DNA of 64,000 nt from Lingula anatina (lineage: Eukaryota > Animalia > Brachiopoda). A program made the translations under genes and the position numbers. A model generated the notes under the pieces. The model saw only the letters and a program-made list of their open reading frames with translations, searched no databases and was not told the DNA's origin. The stretch is taken from positions 4,774,001-4,838,000 of the forward strand of contig CM120646.1 in the NCBI GenBank assembly GCA_051362555.1. Direction: 5' to 3'. Of this stretch, positions 51,151 through 63,689 are shown piece after piece. How positions within the stretch are numbered: the first letter of the stretch is position 1; each line of letters opens with the position of its first letter.

Positions 51151-54100
51151 ATGGCTGACTTAACCCACGCAACGGAAAAAAGATTGGACCGAGGCTTCTC
51201 TGCAGAGGAGACTGCCATCCAGTTTCCACCGGACTGCGATCAAGAAGTTGTAGGCCCCGAGTTAAGCTGGACGCAGTATGCATCACAGTTCGTCATAAAT
51301 CAGGAAACTGGTGGAAAAGATTTTTTCAATGCCGCAATTCTGCCATTTTCAACGCCATCCACCATTGAAAATGCAGAGAAATTTTGGAGGTCTGTAATTT
51401 TTGACTGGGTCCGCTATATTCCTTTCCTTCGGATGATCGTAAGACCAAAAGTGGCCGGGCAAGAAAGCTGCGCTGAAGACTTCGTGCATGTTTTTCTGCC
51501 AGCTGACTGGGAAAATATAGACTTCCGAGTCATTGAAGATAAAGAACGATTCGAGACGGAGACTGAGGACCCGATGGATCTCAGAAAAGGCCCCCCTCTG
51601 CGAGTGCTACTCTGGGCAACTGGCCCCGACCGAGAGATTCGGCTCGTCATCAATGAAATCAATAGCGACAACGCGGGACTAGCGGTTCTCACCGACGCAT
51701 TTGGCAAAATCACCATGTTGAAACTGGGGAAGAAGATATCTGCACCAATCCCTCCAGTCAAAATGTGCGACTTTCCGAAAATTCTGAAGGACGCAGTCGC
51801 GGCCCGGGAGAGCAGTGACGCAGCGTTTTGGAAGAGCGTGGTGGAGTCCATGCCAAAAGATGGAGTGAAGTTGTCCATCTCTGCCCACTGTCCAGCCTCT
51901 GGACAATATTCCGGTCGAATTAGAAATGTCAGTAGGCAAATGACAGAGAAGCAGGTCAGCGGTATGGTGAAAATGACGGAAGATTATAATTCTACGTGCT
52001 TCAGGGTAAGGGTCCTTAATTTTTTCTAAGGTTAACACTGTCATAGGAATGTGCCCTCAAACTGCTCCAAAATTAATATTTTTTCTTCAATTGATTTGAA
52101 ACGATATCATTCTCTTGCGTAGGCAACACTTTTGTTTTACACACCTTTTACAAGAATTTGATATTTTCCTTAAAGATAATTACTAGCGTCTACCAGCTCC
52201 TGCTCCACTTGTACACAGGGGAGAGTGTTAACATCACCACCAATGTTGACGTCACTCGTTTCGTCCCCGAACTGAAAGGCGTTCTTACTAAACTTATCAA
52301 CGGAATATCCCTCTACGCTGACTTCAAAGAAACAGGCGGAGCCACGATCAAATATTTCTTGCAGAAGAACTCGTCAGTAATACAGCAATCTGTGGAACAC
52401 GGCTTGTACCCGGCGGACCGGATTCAGGCTCTCGTCGAGGCGCACATGACCGAAATTACACGGAAATACCCGAAGCACAAAATCAACCAAGAGCGAGTGG
52501 GGTTTTGGTCTTTCCGCAAGCAATTCGTCCAGAAGCAGGGGACAAATTTCCAATTCAAAGGTGAATTCAGAATTCAGTATTCGAAAAATGTAGTAAATTA
52601 AAATCCAAGTGGCATATCTTTTAATTTAAAATATTTTAAATTTTTCTTTGTGAAGACATATTCTTATATGGTCATTTTCCCTATTTATAATAGCTATATA
52701 CATGTAGGTCATGTGTGATCCATCCCCAGAAATGCACTGCATGACGTCACGCTTAGCCCACTGCGCATGCGTGCACTTTTAATGAGTTGCTAGATTGCCA
52801 TAGGAAAATGAATGGGTTCGCGATTCGTGGGTAATTCGTGATAATTGACAAACTAACGGCCTGACGCCGATAGACAGCAACGCTGTGCTATGCTTCAAGC
52901 AACTCCTGACCAAATATCGCTAGGCTTTTTAAAAATATTCTGTTGTACACACGTACTAAGAAGTTTGCCGTGTATTGCCTAGCCTACCCTCAGCAAAACG
53001 CACATATTTTCAGAAATAGTGATTTTAGACGGTAGATTCACTCAGAAACAAAGGCAAACTAATTCGTTGCCGATAGTACCAGCAGATAGCAGCACCATAC
53101 AGAGTCTGATTAAAAACTTTCGTGGCAATTGAAGAACTTTTACCACTGTACAATGGAGTCCAAAAAAAGCACTTGGCACAAATGTGAAACTGCCCAGTGC
53201 AAGGCCAAGAATTCAATCAGTTTTTTCAATCATATTATCAGATTCTACATAAATTGACTGACAATATCACTACTCAGTATTTAACTAATCTCTTAATCCA
53301 AAATTCCTATCATCATTTAATAATAATGCAAAATTCTTCTTTCAGATTGCTATTTATTTTAAATTTTAATGCTGCAACTGTTCCAAAATAATCTTGTAGT
53401 AAAGGAAAAATGCAAATAAGAAGTGGAAGACCAATTTTACCCCCATTATTCAATTATTTGAATATAAAAAGAATAAGATCACGATTTAACAAATTAAAAT
53501 AATCTTTCATGAACTATTTCATGAATAACATATTAAACAAAATTAAAGTTATAAATTAGTGGTAATGGCTTATTCTGGAATATATGACCTCTGCACAACA
53601 TCAGTACCTGACTTGGTACAGTATAGTTACTACTTGGATACAGAGTTAGATTTAATAATGTAACAATAAGAACAATATATATTACAATAAACTTCTCTGC
53701 ACATGTCAGACGCTTGTTACCATGAACTAACACTACTTGACAATGGGCTGAGCACTTATCACAGAGTCTGCGTGCGATGCCATTGTTGTGCTAGTTGTGC
53801 TGATTGGCTAGTTGAGTCACGTGAAGCCCTACTGTAGCGCCCTCGCGTATCGCGTGAATGCTGCGCATTTCTGGCCATGCGATGTATATCCAGATATATA
53901 ACTGAAGATAATTTATTAGAATTGATAAGATATTCGTAATATTTTAGCTAGATTTGTATCCAACAGATGCAAATTCTGCCGTTATTTCTAATTGCATGTG
54001 TTATTTAAATTTTGTTTTTCACACTGGACAAAGTTCTTTAAATACTCTGATGATTAAAAGAAGGATTGCCTCTCAATTTCAGGTTTAATTCTGAATACTC

Positions 54101-54333
54101 TAGAAACCATTATCGAGACGCAAATTCGATTCTACTACGACAAACGCAACCCCAACAACAGTTTCATCGTTTTCGAATTAAGCCAAGACGCCTTCAGCGA
54201 GGAAGAGGCTCACCAGATCAAAGAAGATTTCTTCAATCTCTTAGATTACGTGATTGATAATCCTGATGGGATAATTGCAGATATTCCTTGGGACGACATG
54301 GCACAGTATCGTAGTTCATGCAACACCAAGTGA
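51151..54333 (+). CDS. Stand-alone NRPS condensation-domain-like protein (CoA-dependent acyltransferase fold), 496 aa, 3 coding exons
   Basis: Exons 51151-52005, 52176-52560 and 54083-54333 give a 1491-nt open frame. C-domain hallmarks occur in order: LSWTQ (cf. LSxAQ), PFLRM (cf. PxLRT), PMDLRKGPPLRV (cf. PFDLxxGPLxR), INEINSDNAG (cf. xHHIxxDGxS), AFWK, YQLLLHLYTG, HGLYP, FSEEEA...LLDYVIDNPD. Confidence 0.8.
52694..53900. mobile_element. Putative non-autonomous DNA element in intron 2 of the condensation-domain gene
   Basis: Degenerate inverted ends ATATACAT...CCAGAAATGCACTGCAT / ATGCTGCGCATTTCTGG...ATGTATAT. GC-richer termini surround an AT-rich core. Confidence 0.4.
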
Positions 54334-56242
54334 AAAAAATGTTTAAATATCAGCAACGAGTATCTTCTTCTCTATTTTCTCCAAAATATCCGACCGCTTA
54401 ATCATATAAAATGGATGCACCAAAGGTATCGACAGAAACGGCTTTACAATCGAGTTCAACATATTAATTTTCATACATATGCAATTAGTGAAATTTTGTG
54501 AAAGGGGGAAATTAGCAAGTCATAATGACAATAGACAGAAACCACATGTAATTTTGAAGTAAAATGTTTGTTAAAACCATTTCAATGTTTCTCAAACAAT
54601 AAGAAAAAAGTCCGTCTTGCTGAGACGACAGTTGCTACTAATTTGACAATTTTATCAGATAATAATAATAATTATTGAATAAACTTTCTTAAATCAGGAA
54701 AAAAAAAACCAACCCCAATGAAAAAAGTGGTCGTTTTATTATTATTATTATTATTTATTTATTTTATTATTATTATTTTTTTTTTTTTGAAATTTAGCAA
54801 GATTTTATTCAAATATGGATGATAATTGAAATATTTTTAGGGAAATGTTGTATAAATATCATTATATATATGGAAAAATTACTGGGGACCTGTAGATTGT
54901 AATTCACAACGATGAAGACACAATTTCGGATAATTTATCTTTGACAACAAATTTTATTGTTCGATAACTGTTCATTTCCTCGAGGCCAACATCTATATCC
55001 AAGGTGACAACTGATACTGATATCCCTACAATTAACTCATTTGCTACTCAGCCATTACTAAACCAATATAAACATCGCTTCTGTGCTTTGAGAAGGAGTC
55101 AGAATAGTGAATCCCTTTTTTACCACATTGATACAAAGGCCTTGGACTATCCTTTTTGTTAACTGGTAACAGATAAAGCAATTACAAATGTAACTGTCCC
55201 TTGGATCAATCCAATTTCTCAACTATAAACACCAACGAACACATATAATGCAAAACCTATAGGAATAATAAATTTTACTTCCCAGAGAAACAGCGACTTG
55301 ACGATATAAATCTCTAAATATTTAAGACAACAACAACATATACTGTTTACAATAAACAGCTACACTAAATGTATTTATAACATATTAAAATGATCAACTT
55401 CTTTTTACATGGTACGTCACTATTAAAAGTTGGAGTGCTCTGCACTTAAGAAAAATTAGCTTTAAATACAAATCTAGCTATGTAATATCTATTTCTTGTC
55501 AGTGAAAATCTCGAGCATTCTTTCATGCAATCTACTGTCATTAATGCACAACAACGAACAAACATTTTTTTCTTATATTTTTTAACACGATCTAGACTAG
55601 TCTATTTGTTCTGTATATTTAGACAAAAGTCAATCGGATTGAATACAGTACAAGAATTAGGCACCTGCGCCCGTTTTACATTACGTCTACATACTAATAC
55701 ATCTGAATGAAAACATAAGTAGCCAGGTAAAGGTGACAAATGTACAGCCAACTATCTCAGTTTATATATTAAGGAAAAAATAAACTATACCTTGCAGAAC
55801 TGGGCCTGTAACTAAGCAAAATTTTCAGTGAAGGAAAAAACAAACAAACAAAAAAACAAAAAACAAACACGAAATGGGAATTCTTATTGGCCTTTTGTAA
55901 ATTGGTCAGCCAAAGTTAACGAATCCATCAAGTGACAACCATAGAGAGTACAACATGGGTAGTTTTTTTTAATATCTTGTTCATGGTTCTACAAGATGTT
56001 GAATTCAGGATTTTGGTGATGAGAATAACTTTGAAAACCACCCACAGTTCAACCGACACCCTGTAGGTATCCAGTCCGAAGATGTTCCAAGCAAAACATT
56101 GGTTTCATAAAAAATTCGTTCTGACACATAAGTGATTATCATCATCATCATCATCATCATCATAAAAACCTTTCCTTAATATGGATATTGTACTGTAAAG
56201 CCACTGGGTGTTCCACACCAACAGTTTATGAAGTTGATATTT

Positions 56243-56951
56243 TTATTTCTCGTAGCCAAAGAACCTTTGCGGCTGTCCAGGATAGCTGTATCTAGGCTGC
56301 CCTGCCTGAAATGAAAAAAAAACTTCTTAAAAAAAGGTCTACAAGCAAATGTCAATTTCATTATGAGCCAACAAATACATACATAAGGGTTATATTGTTC
56401 TATGTGGGCTGATCCAACTCCATGGGGACTCTCGCTGAATACAATCAGATTGCATTCTGCCGAGTCCCTGGGGAGTTGGATCAATCTAAGTACAACAATA
56501 ATTTCATTGGGAATGAGCCTTAAGATAAACTGATTTATTGTGCTGTACTCATATCCATTAAGCAGTATTTTGCCCACTGCAATTCCAAATATAATTCACT
56601 ATTTAGAGCAAGAATTCAAATGGTACAAGTACATGATGAATGGTTAATTAGCCACTCTACAATACAATGCACACTAAAACTTCTATTTTCAAGATCAAAT
56701 CTTCAGTGTTGTATAAACTGTAAAACTAACATTTTAACTGCCCTCTAGCTTATCAAAATATTATTTCTAAAGATGAACTCTGCACAGAAATTGAAAATGA
56801 AATTGAAAGGACAGAACTAAGATAATAATAATAATGATAATAATAATATCATCATCATCACCGCGAATAAAAAAAATTCAACATTTGTCACATAATTCAT
56901 TTCAATATTATCATAATGATCAATTTAAAAATTCACAGTTGTCACATCCCA

Positions 56952-56986
<35 letters not shown>

Positions 56987-59900
56987 TATCCAGACCATTG
57001 TTCACTTACAGGTTGTGAGGCAGGTGGCTGGTAAGTACTGGTGGTGGCCTGTGTTCTCACAGGATAGCCAGTCATTATACTCCCCTATGGAAACAAAAAA
57101 AGATACACCTCAACTTTGTGTATGTTCAAGCAAATGAATACTTGATAGATTAAAGTTAATATTATCACAATAATACAACTATACACCTAATTTTTAATAT
57201 TTCAGTATATAATCACACACATAAAATGATGATTTTTTCTAACTGGTGAAATATCTTAAGTTTCCTCCACAAATATCAGATATACGGCAAGTCTAAGGGT
57301 TACTTGAAAAATTGTTTCACAAAGAGTTAAAAGTTAGGACAGTCACAATATATTCAGTCCCATCCATATTAGGAGTACTCACCCTGGGTGGGGGTTGCTG
57401 AGGGGGGAGCTGCATCTGCTGCTGGATGACACCAGTACCCCTCATGGAGGACTAGAGGGGGAAAATAATGTTTTAATATAATAATAATTAATAATATAAA
57501 TAAACAAAATCTCTCACTGTATGACTCTGACTGAATAGAAATAACTTTCTAGAAGACATGAACATCTGGGTTGACACTCAAACAGCAATTTTAGCCACAT
57601 GGTAAACATATTCAAATTTATTTCATTGTTTAAAATCAATTCCATCACAAATGTAGTTCAAATTTCTGAATTGGATAAGCTAAGAGAACAGAGTTTTTTT
57701 GGTTAAGAACCAGATTTTATCCAGGACAAGCCCTGAGTAATACTGACCATCATCTTGTACTGATCCTTAGGAGATTTACTTCCCTCCACAGTGGGCTGTA
57801 ATTGACCTCGAGGTGACCCCAAGTGAGCTGCTGATGGACAACCAGAACAAAGTTTAATAATAATAATAATGATTTGTTAAGACTGCAATCCAGTAGGTTA
57901 AATATGTTCATAAAATGATAAGAACATTGCAAAAACAAGATGCTACATGTCTGAATGAAACTCAGTTAAAGGACTGGGTCTTTAGGAGCAAATCATTGGG
58001 AGAAAAAAAGTTATGCCACATAATAATAGTAATAGTATTAGTATGTCATCTTATAAGTTCTTGTTTACCTCAAACACATTTTTTGGAATGGGGTTCTTGT
58101 TTGGTGTTTGCTGGAGCTTTTAAAAGAACTAAGCCCGACTGGGACCTTTGTGTATTTCAAACACTTTTTTTCTAGTCATAAAAGTGTCTGATTTAGCAGA
58201 GGCTATATTGCTTTCAAGTCAGAACACAGAACACATAAAATTACTTGTACCCTACCTCCAATTCTAGGAATAGGATAGCTGGCATGCTGGGCTGGATATT
58301 CTCCAATCTTCTGCTGCTGATGCGCATAATGACTGGGATATGTACTGAAAGCTGATTGGCTGCCAGGATATTTGCCTGCTGGTGATTGGTTGGCCTGGAA
58401 CTTATTTGTCACCTGTGGTTGGCTGCTTGTGTAGTTGGATGCACCTTGGGTTGTTGAAGGAGGGGCAGGGAAACTGTGCCCTGATTGGCTGCTGTAGGCC
58501 ATGTGACCTTGAGGTGGATAACCTGCAGGCTCTGTTGGTGGGAAAAAAAATTCTGAAGCATATTAATCTTCTATAGACTACATTATAAATTAATTTGTAA
58601 TACAGAAAAATATATATTTTTTTTTTTGAGACAGAAATTTGTGATCCTAAAAATTTAGCCTTTAAAAACATTGTGGGTAGAAGAGGCCTGAACTGTATGC
58701 AACCCTGCAGACAATATACACATCAGAAAATATAGTAAAGTATATTGGGGAGAAAATAATATATAGAAGACTTTTGCCTTTCACCATCTGATTTTTCAAC
58801 GTATGCCCCAGAAGCCCAGTGCTCACTCTGATCTGTTGCCTGAGAGAGTCCCGATTTGGGAATAGCATTTCTTTTAACTAACAACAGGAAAATAATAATT
58901 AAAAAAAAAAAAAAAAAAAAAAAAAACTGACAGGCAAATACTCACTCTGCTCAGTAAACTGTGGGTGTTGTGGTTTAGGAGCAGCATAATTGGCCATGGC
59001 ATACTTCCTGGGGTCGGCAGTCACATAGGGACTGCTGGTATACATGGAGACTGGGGGAGGGGATGGACTCCTGGGCCTCTTCATACTCTGGAGGGAAAAA
59101 ACATACAACAGTGTTATAGTCTGGGCCTCTTCCAAATCTGGAGGGAGAAAATGTTATGACATTATTATATTCTAGGCCTTTTCATACTCTGGAGGGAGAA
59201 AGTATTAAAACTTGTTCTATCCTGGGCCTCCTCATACTCTGGAGGGAGAAAATGTATAATGTTGTTATATACTGGGCGTCTTCGTACTCTGGGGGGAAAC
59301 TGTTACGACATTGTTAAATTATGGGCCTCTTAATACTCTGGAGGGAAAAAATGAATAACTCTGTTAAAAGCTCACAAACAGTCATTGGGTGCATGATGTC
59401 TTAAATGGAATTCCTTAATATGGGATTTTATTATAGCTCCAGGAACTAATTGGCCCTGTTATAGTTGTCCGATGTCAAAGTGTTCAAATGTGAAATAAGT
59501 TCAGTACCGAACACTGCCTGCTGTGACAAATGAGGCTGTGTAAATAAAAGCCTCACTTAGTGTGACAAGAGAGTTAAAAAATATTTAGTTTCCTATATAT
59601 TTTTTTCTTTATATTTTACAAAAAAAAATCACTGAAATATTTTCTGGTCTTTAGGTGGTTGCCTAAAATGACAGGAAATTGTGAAATGTTCTGTATCAGT
59701 TACAATTTCAACAAAAAATTGTCCATCTTTGCTAACTGAACACATTCAAAACACACATAAAATGACAATTTAAACTGATTTACTGAATACTACATTTTCA
59801 TGAAAACATAACACGCATGACACGGCTTTTACCATCACCAAAACAACAGCTGATCTTGAAAGGTATTTAGTACCACATTACCCAAGACACTTTGTACCTA

Positions 59901-62900
59901 CAACAGCATTGCCTGGGGGTTTCAAACTATATTGCAACAGTTGTGATTTACAACACAATGATCAACACATTCTAATATGACCTTTCTTCTTTCAGATTGG
60001 CCTTACAGCATAATGTTCTCCAAGCAGCTTAGTTCACTCATGTACTGCCAGATAGACAGTGAAGTGCTATATTCTTTATTGTCATAGCTACACAGTAATT
60101 ATGACACAACATTATGACACAGCACTGCCTTCATAACCCAAGAGGGTGTAGGAACTGATCTGATGAGATCAAACAAGGATCTGAGAATATCTATACCAAA
60201 AAACATAGCACAGAAACAACCAATGTAAATAACGATTTTGCCTATAACATTTACCACTGTATCAACAATATCACAATACATATGAAAGACAAATGCTCCA
60301 CTTGATTGTGCTAGGTGTGACATGAATTGTGCTGGGTGAGACTGAACTTCAAGACAAGCCAGTTACTTACTGTCATCATGGTGGGCTGATGGGGTTTATA
60401 CATGGTACTGGGTCTCCCTGCTGATATCAGCTCACCCTGACGGAGCTGAATATTGAATTATAGATCATACACAACTGACAGTGTATGATCAGTAAAACAA
60501 TGTGGTAGTGTGTGTGTTTGCATGCGTACATGTTTGTATAGCGTGGGTCTGCTTTTAGGTATTGTGTCATGTTTAAAGTATGAAAATGTAAATCTCTTTT
60601 GAGGATACTTCACTAAGAAATTCTGTCAGTTTGTGTCTCTCTGCATGTGAAAGCCCATGCGCAAGTGCACACACAACCTAAAATCCATTACTTTCAGGTG
60701 TATCAAAGAAAATTTTCAAATTGGCATCATAGATTTTTCAATCAGTTCTAGTAAGTCTAGACTAGGAAATTGCAACTAAATGGTGATACACAGTGACAGG
60801 TTTAACTGGGTAAGATATTCTACTATGTGATGTGTGGTTTTAACTTCACATTGCATACAGCAGAACTTCAATTGCCACAGAAACTCCAGGAAATTACCTA
60901 GTTGGCACATATTTCAGGTCACTGCATTAGGAGTGACAAGTGGAATTGTGCTGGAATTGCCATATTATTTTTTTTTAACTTTTATCTTTTTTTATCAAAT
61001 ACACAATACCATAAAAGAATGAGTAATAAAGGTCTCTGCTAAAAAAAACCTTAAGAATCAACAAGTGATACTGACATCAAAAGCGACAGTTCCATACTTA
61101 CCGATATCATGGTAGGCTGCTGAGGCTTATACATGGTGGGTCTTCCTGCAGACATGGGGCCACCAGGAAAGGTGAAAATAGAAGGATGGCCTGACACAGG
61201 AATTGCTGAATGATGGTAGGAACCCAGGGGGATCATAGACTCGCTGCATTCAAAGAATTAAGGACAAAAATCATTTGACTGGAAAATCTTGATTAAGGCA
61301 AATAAAGTTATTATTTATTTATTTTTTTTTTATTTTTGCAAGTACAATTTACCAGCATCTGCAAAATTCTCAGAACTTCTTTTCTTTCTTGTACTAAATA
61401 CAATTTTCCAGCATCTGGAAAATTGTCAAAACTGACTAAAGACAATTAAAAACTAATATGCCTACACATATTATTTAGTGGCCAATTGGTTTTAACAAAA
61501 TACACAGTAAAAAGTATGGTTTTACGGAATGTCAAAGAAACACTGTATATTATACCTGACAGATACCCTAGCCCATTTAAGCATTTATAACTAGCATAAG
61601 GTAATCATGCATATTAGAATAGGTAGCATGAGTTGTTTATCAAAGTTGATAATAAGGCTATATTGAAGGACTGGTAATTCATAAAATATTAAAGTTAACA
61701 ATGTGATATAATATAAACAAAATACTTCAACATCAGGTCTATGACCATCACCTTTGCTCTTTCATCTGCTGTCTCCGCCGTGTCTCATCTTCGTGGATTG
61801 CCTTCTTCAGAAGAGAGAACAACTCGTGTTTTTCCTGCTTCAGAGCCTCAAGTTGACTCTCCATCTGAGAGATCTGAATAAAAGTAGTGTAGCAACCAAC
61901 TATTATCTTGTGTTCAAATGCTAATTAGGGTTACATCAAGAAAGAAAACCTAACTTTTTATTCAAGTAAAACAAAGTACCAATGACCCACAGAGTTTTCA
62001 TCTTATCAATGTGTGTTAAGAAAACAACAATTATTTTCAAATAAAACTTAAAAAATTTTACCAGCAGCCACAAGTTTCAAACAACAGCAATGGGAGTACA
62101 GATTGAGTCATGCAAACAGCAGGAGTTGAAGATTTTACAATTCTACTAACTAACTCTGTTTGAGGTATACAACAGTCTCAGCCTAATGGTTTTGTTTACA
62201 GTTAGTTTATATTTCAATATTATTGAATATTTTCATAAGTAAATCAAGATCTCAGAGGTCTGCACTTCCATAAATTTTATAAAAAATACATTATATGAGC
62301 TCCCTTTTGGACACCCACTGCCTTGTATTATCAATTCAGAGGGCTGTATTCTGGAAACTCGTTTAAAGAGACCCACTTCAGTAGAGTGACAATAGTCAGA
62401 AGGTTCAATAATCCAAACTTTGGACCAACAAATAAACTCTTTTATATATGTATATAAAAAAAACTGATAAAAATGTTTCAAGTTTTGGACCAGTGAACCT
62501 TGGAACCACTATACTATTAAAAAAACACCCCCTTTTGTTATGAGGAGCAGATGTTTGATGCCTGTGCTGTTCTACAATTGTGAATATGTCTCAAAACTAG
62601 ATATACTATACTTGTTCTTTTGTCTGCTCCAGGGTCAAGCTGTCTTCCTCCTCTTTCTTCTTTCTAGATTCTCTCTCTTTCCTAAGTCGTTCCTGCTCAG
62701 TCTCTTGTTCTTGCTCTGAAATTGCCATAGAGGGCTGACTTATAAACGTATCCTCAGTTTTCAAGCAATCGATCTTGACATGTACAGTGCATGAAGGCAA
62801 GGGTAGATTACTTTTCAGAGAGACTTTAGTTGAGAGACAAGCAAAAGAATGGAGAGCACCCTAAAGACATCTGAATAGCTAGCTGGACATCATTTTACAG

Positions 62901-63128
62901 ATATGCACAACTTTATGTTTCATACGTTTGTACATATAGCACACGTCGTATAAAATACGAGAGCTAACGCATGAAGCCATGATGACTTTTCGAGCTAAGT
63001 AAGACCGTGACACCAGCCAACATATAAATTTTACCTTGTTTCTTTTTCTCCCTCTGCTTCATGATGTGTTTCTTCAAGGCTTGGTACATGGCCCTGGTCA
63101 TCTTGGGCCTCTCTATCAGAGCAGGCAT
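56243..63128 (-). CDS. GPS2: G protein pathway suppressor 2 (NCoR/SMRT-HDAC3 complex subunit)
   Basis: N-terminus MPALIERPKMTRAMYQALKKHIMKQREKKKQ...SLTLEQTKEQISQMESQLEALKQEKHELFSLLKKAIHEDETRRR. Exons at 63128-63035, 62715-62612, ~61873-61752, 61243-61102, 60445-60371, ~59087-58946, ~58531-58255, ~57832-57748, ~57451-57383, ~57084-57010 and ~56305-56243 splice in phase. The tail is P/Q/S/Y-rich and ends QRFFGYEK*. Confidence 0.92.
59071..59370. repeat. Six ~50-bp tandem units spanning a GPS2 3' splice site
   Basis: Core CTGGGCCTCTTCATACTCTGGAGGGA(A/G)AAA, with variants, at about 59071, 59121, 59172, 59222, 59272 and 59321. Confidence 0.9.
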
Positions 63129-63689
63129 TCTGGAACTCTGATCAAATTATGGATACAAATTCCGGTCCTGAAAGCAAAACAACATGACTACGTTAGGTAG
63201 ATCACAATCCGCTAGGGGCGCTACAGTCGTAACTATCCACGGGCAGTGAAGTGTTAAACTGAAGTCGGCCTGCTGACAGTTCGCCTATGGAACCCCTTTT
63301 TTAAATCTCTCTTTTAGCGCTGCGTAAAAAAACTAATACAAGCCATTAACTAAATAAGTTGTAAATCAAAGAGTAAAATCCGGTCACATGATTTTCCCAT
63401 GTTGCAGTCTTTGACAAGTTTCGGTTCTGCTTGTTTTAAGTTTTGCCTCTACAAAATGCTAAAAAATTTCAGGTAAGTGCTGGTATCATCTTTTTGAAAT
63501 TTATATCCAGCAAAGTTTATGAAATTTGCTATATTATGTAGAAAAATCATGAAATTTGAAGGTTGCGAAGTATAGTTAATTTAATCCGCAATATTACATG
63601 ATGTGAAAATTACCACAGGGAAATAGCTCTGCCCTGATTAGTCACAGGCTATGTGAGCCAGACAATAGGCTGAGCACACAAAAGACGAA

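Noticed and set aside
51414-52044. Antisense ORFs of 154 and 121 aa
   Set aside because: They are shadows of the GC-richer coding exon and have no recognisable motifs.
51151-54333. Bacterial contamination as the source of the condensation domain
   Set aside because: The gene has two GT-AG introns that restore the frame and is contiguous with animal genes and LINEs.
59071-59370. CRISPR-like appearance (conserved ~29-bp core with variable ~21-bp linkers)
   Set aside because: The linkers are related to one another, the core is a GPS2 exon boundary, and the context is eukaryotic with no cas genes. It is a minisatellite.
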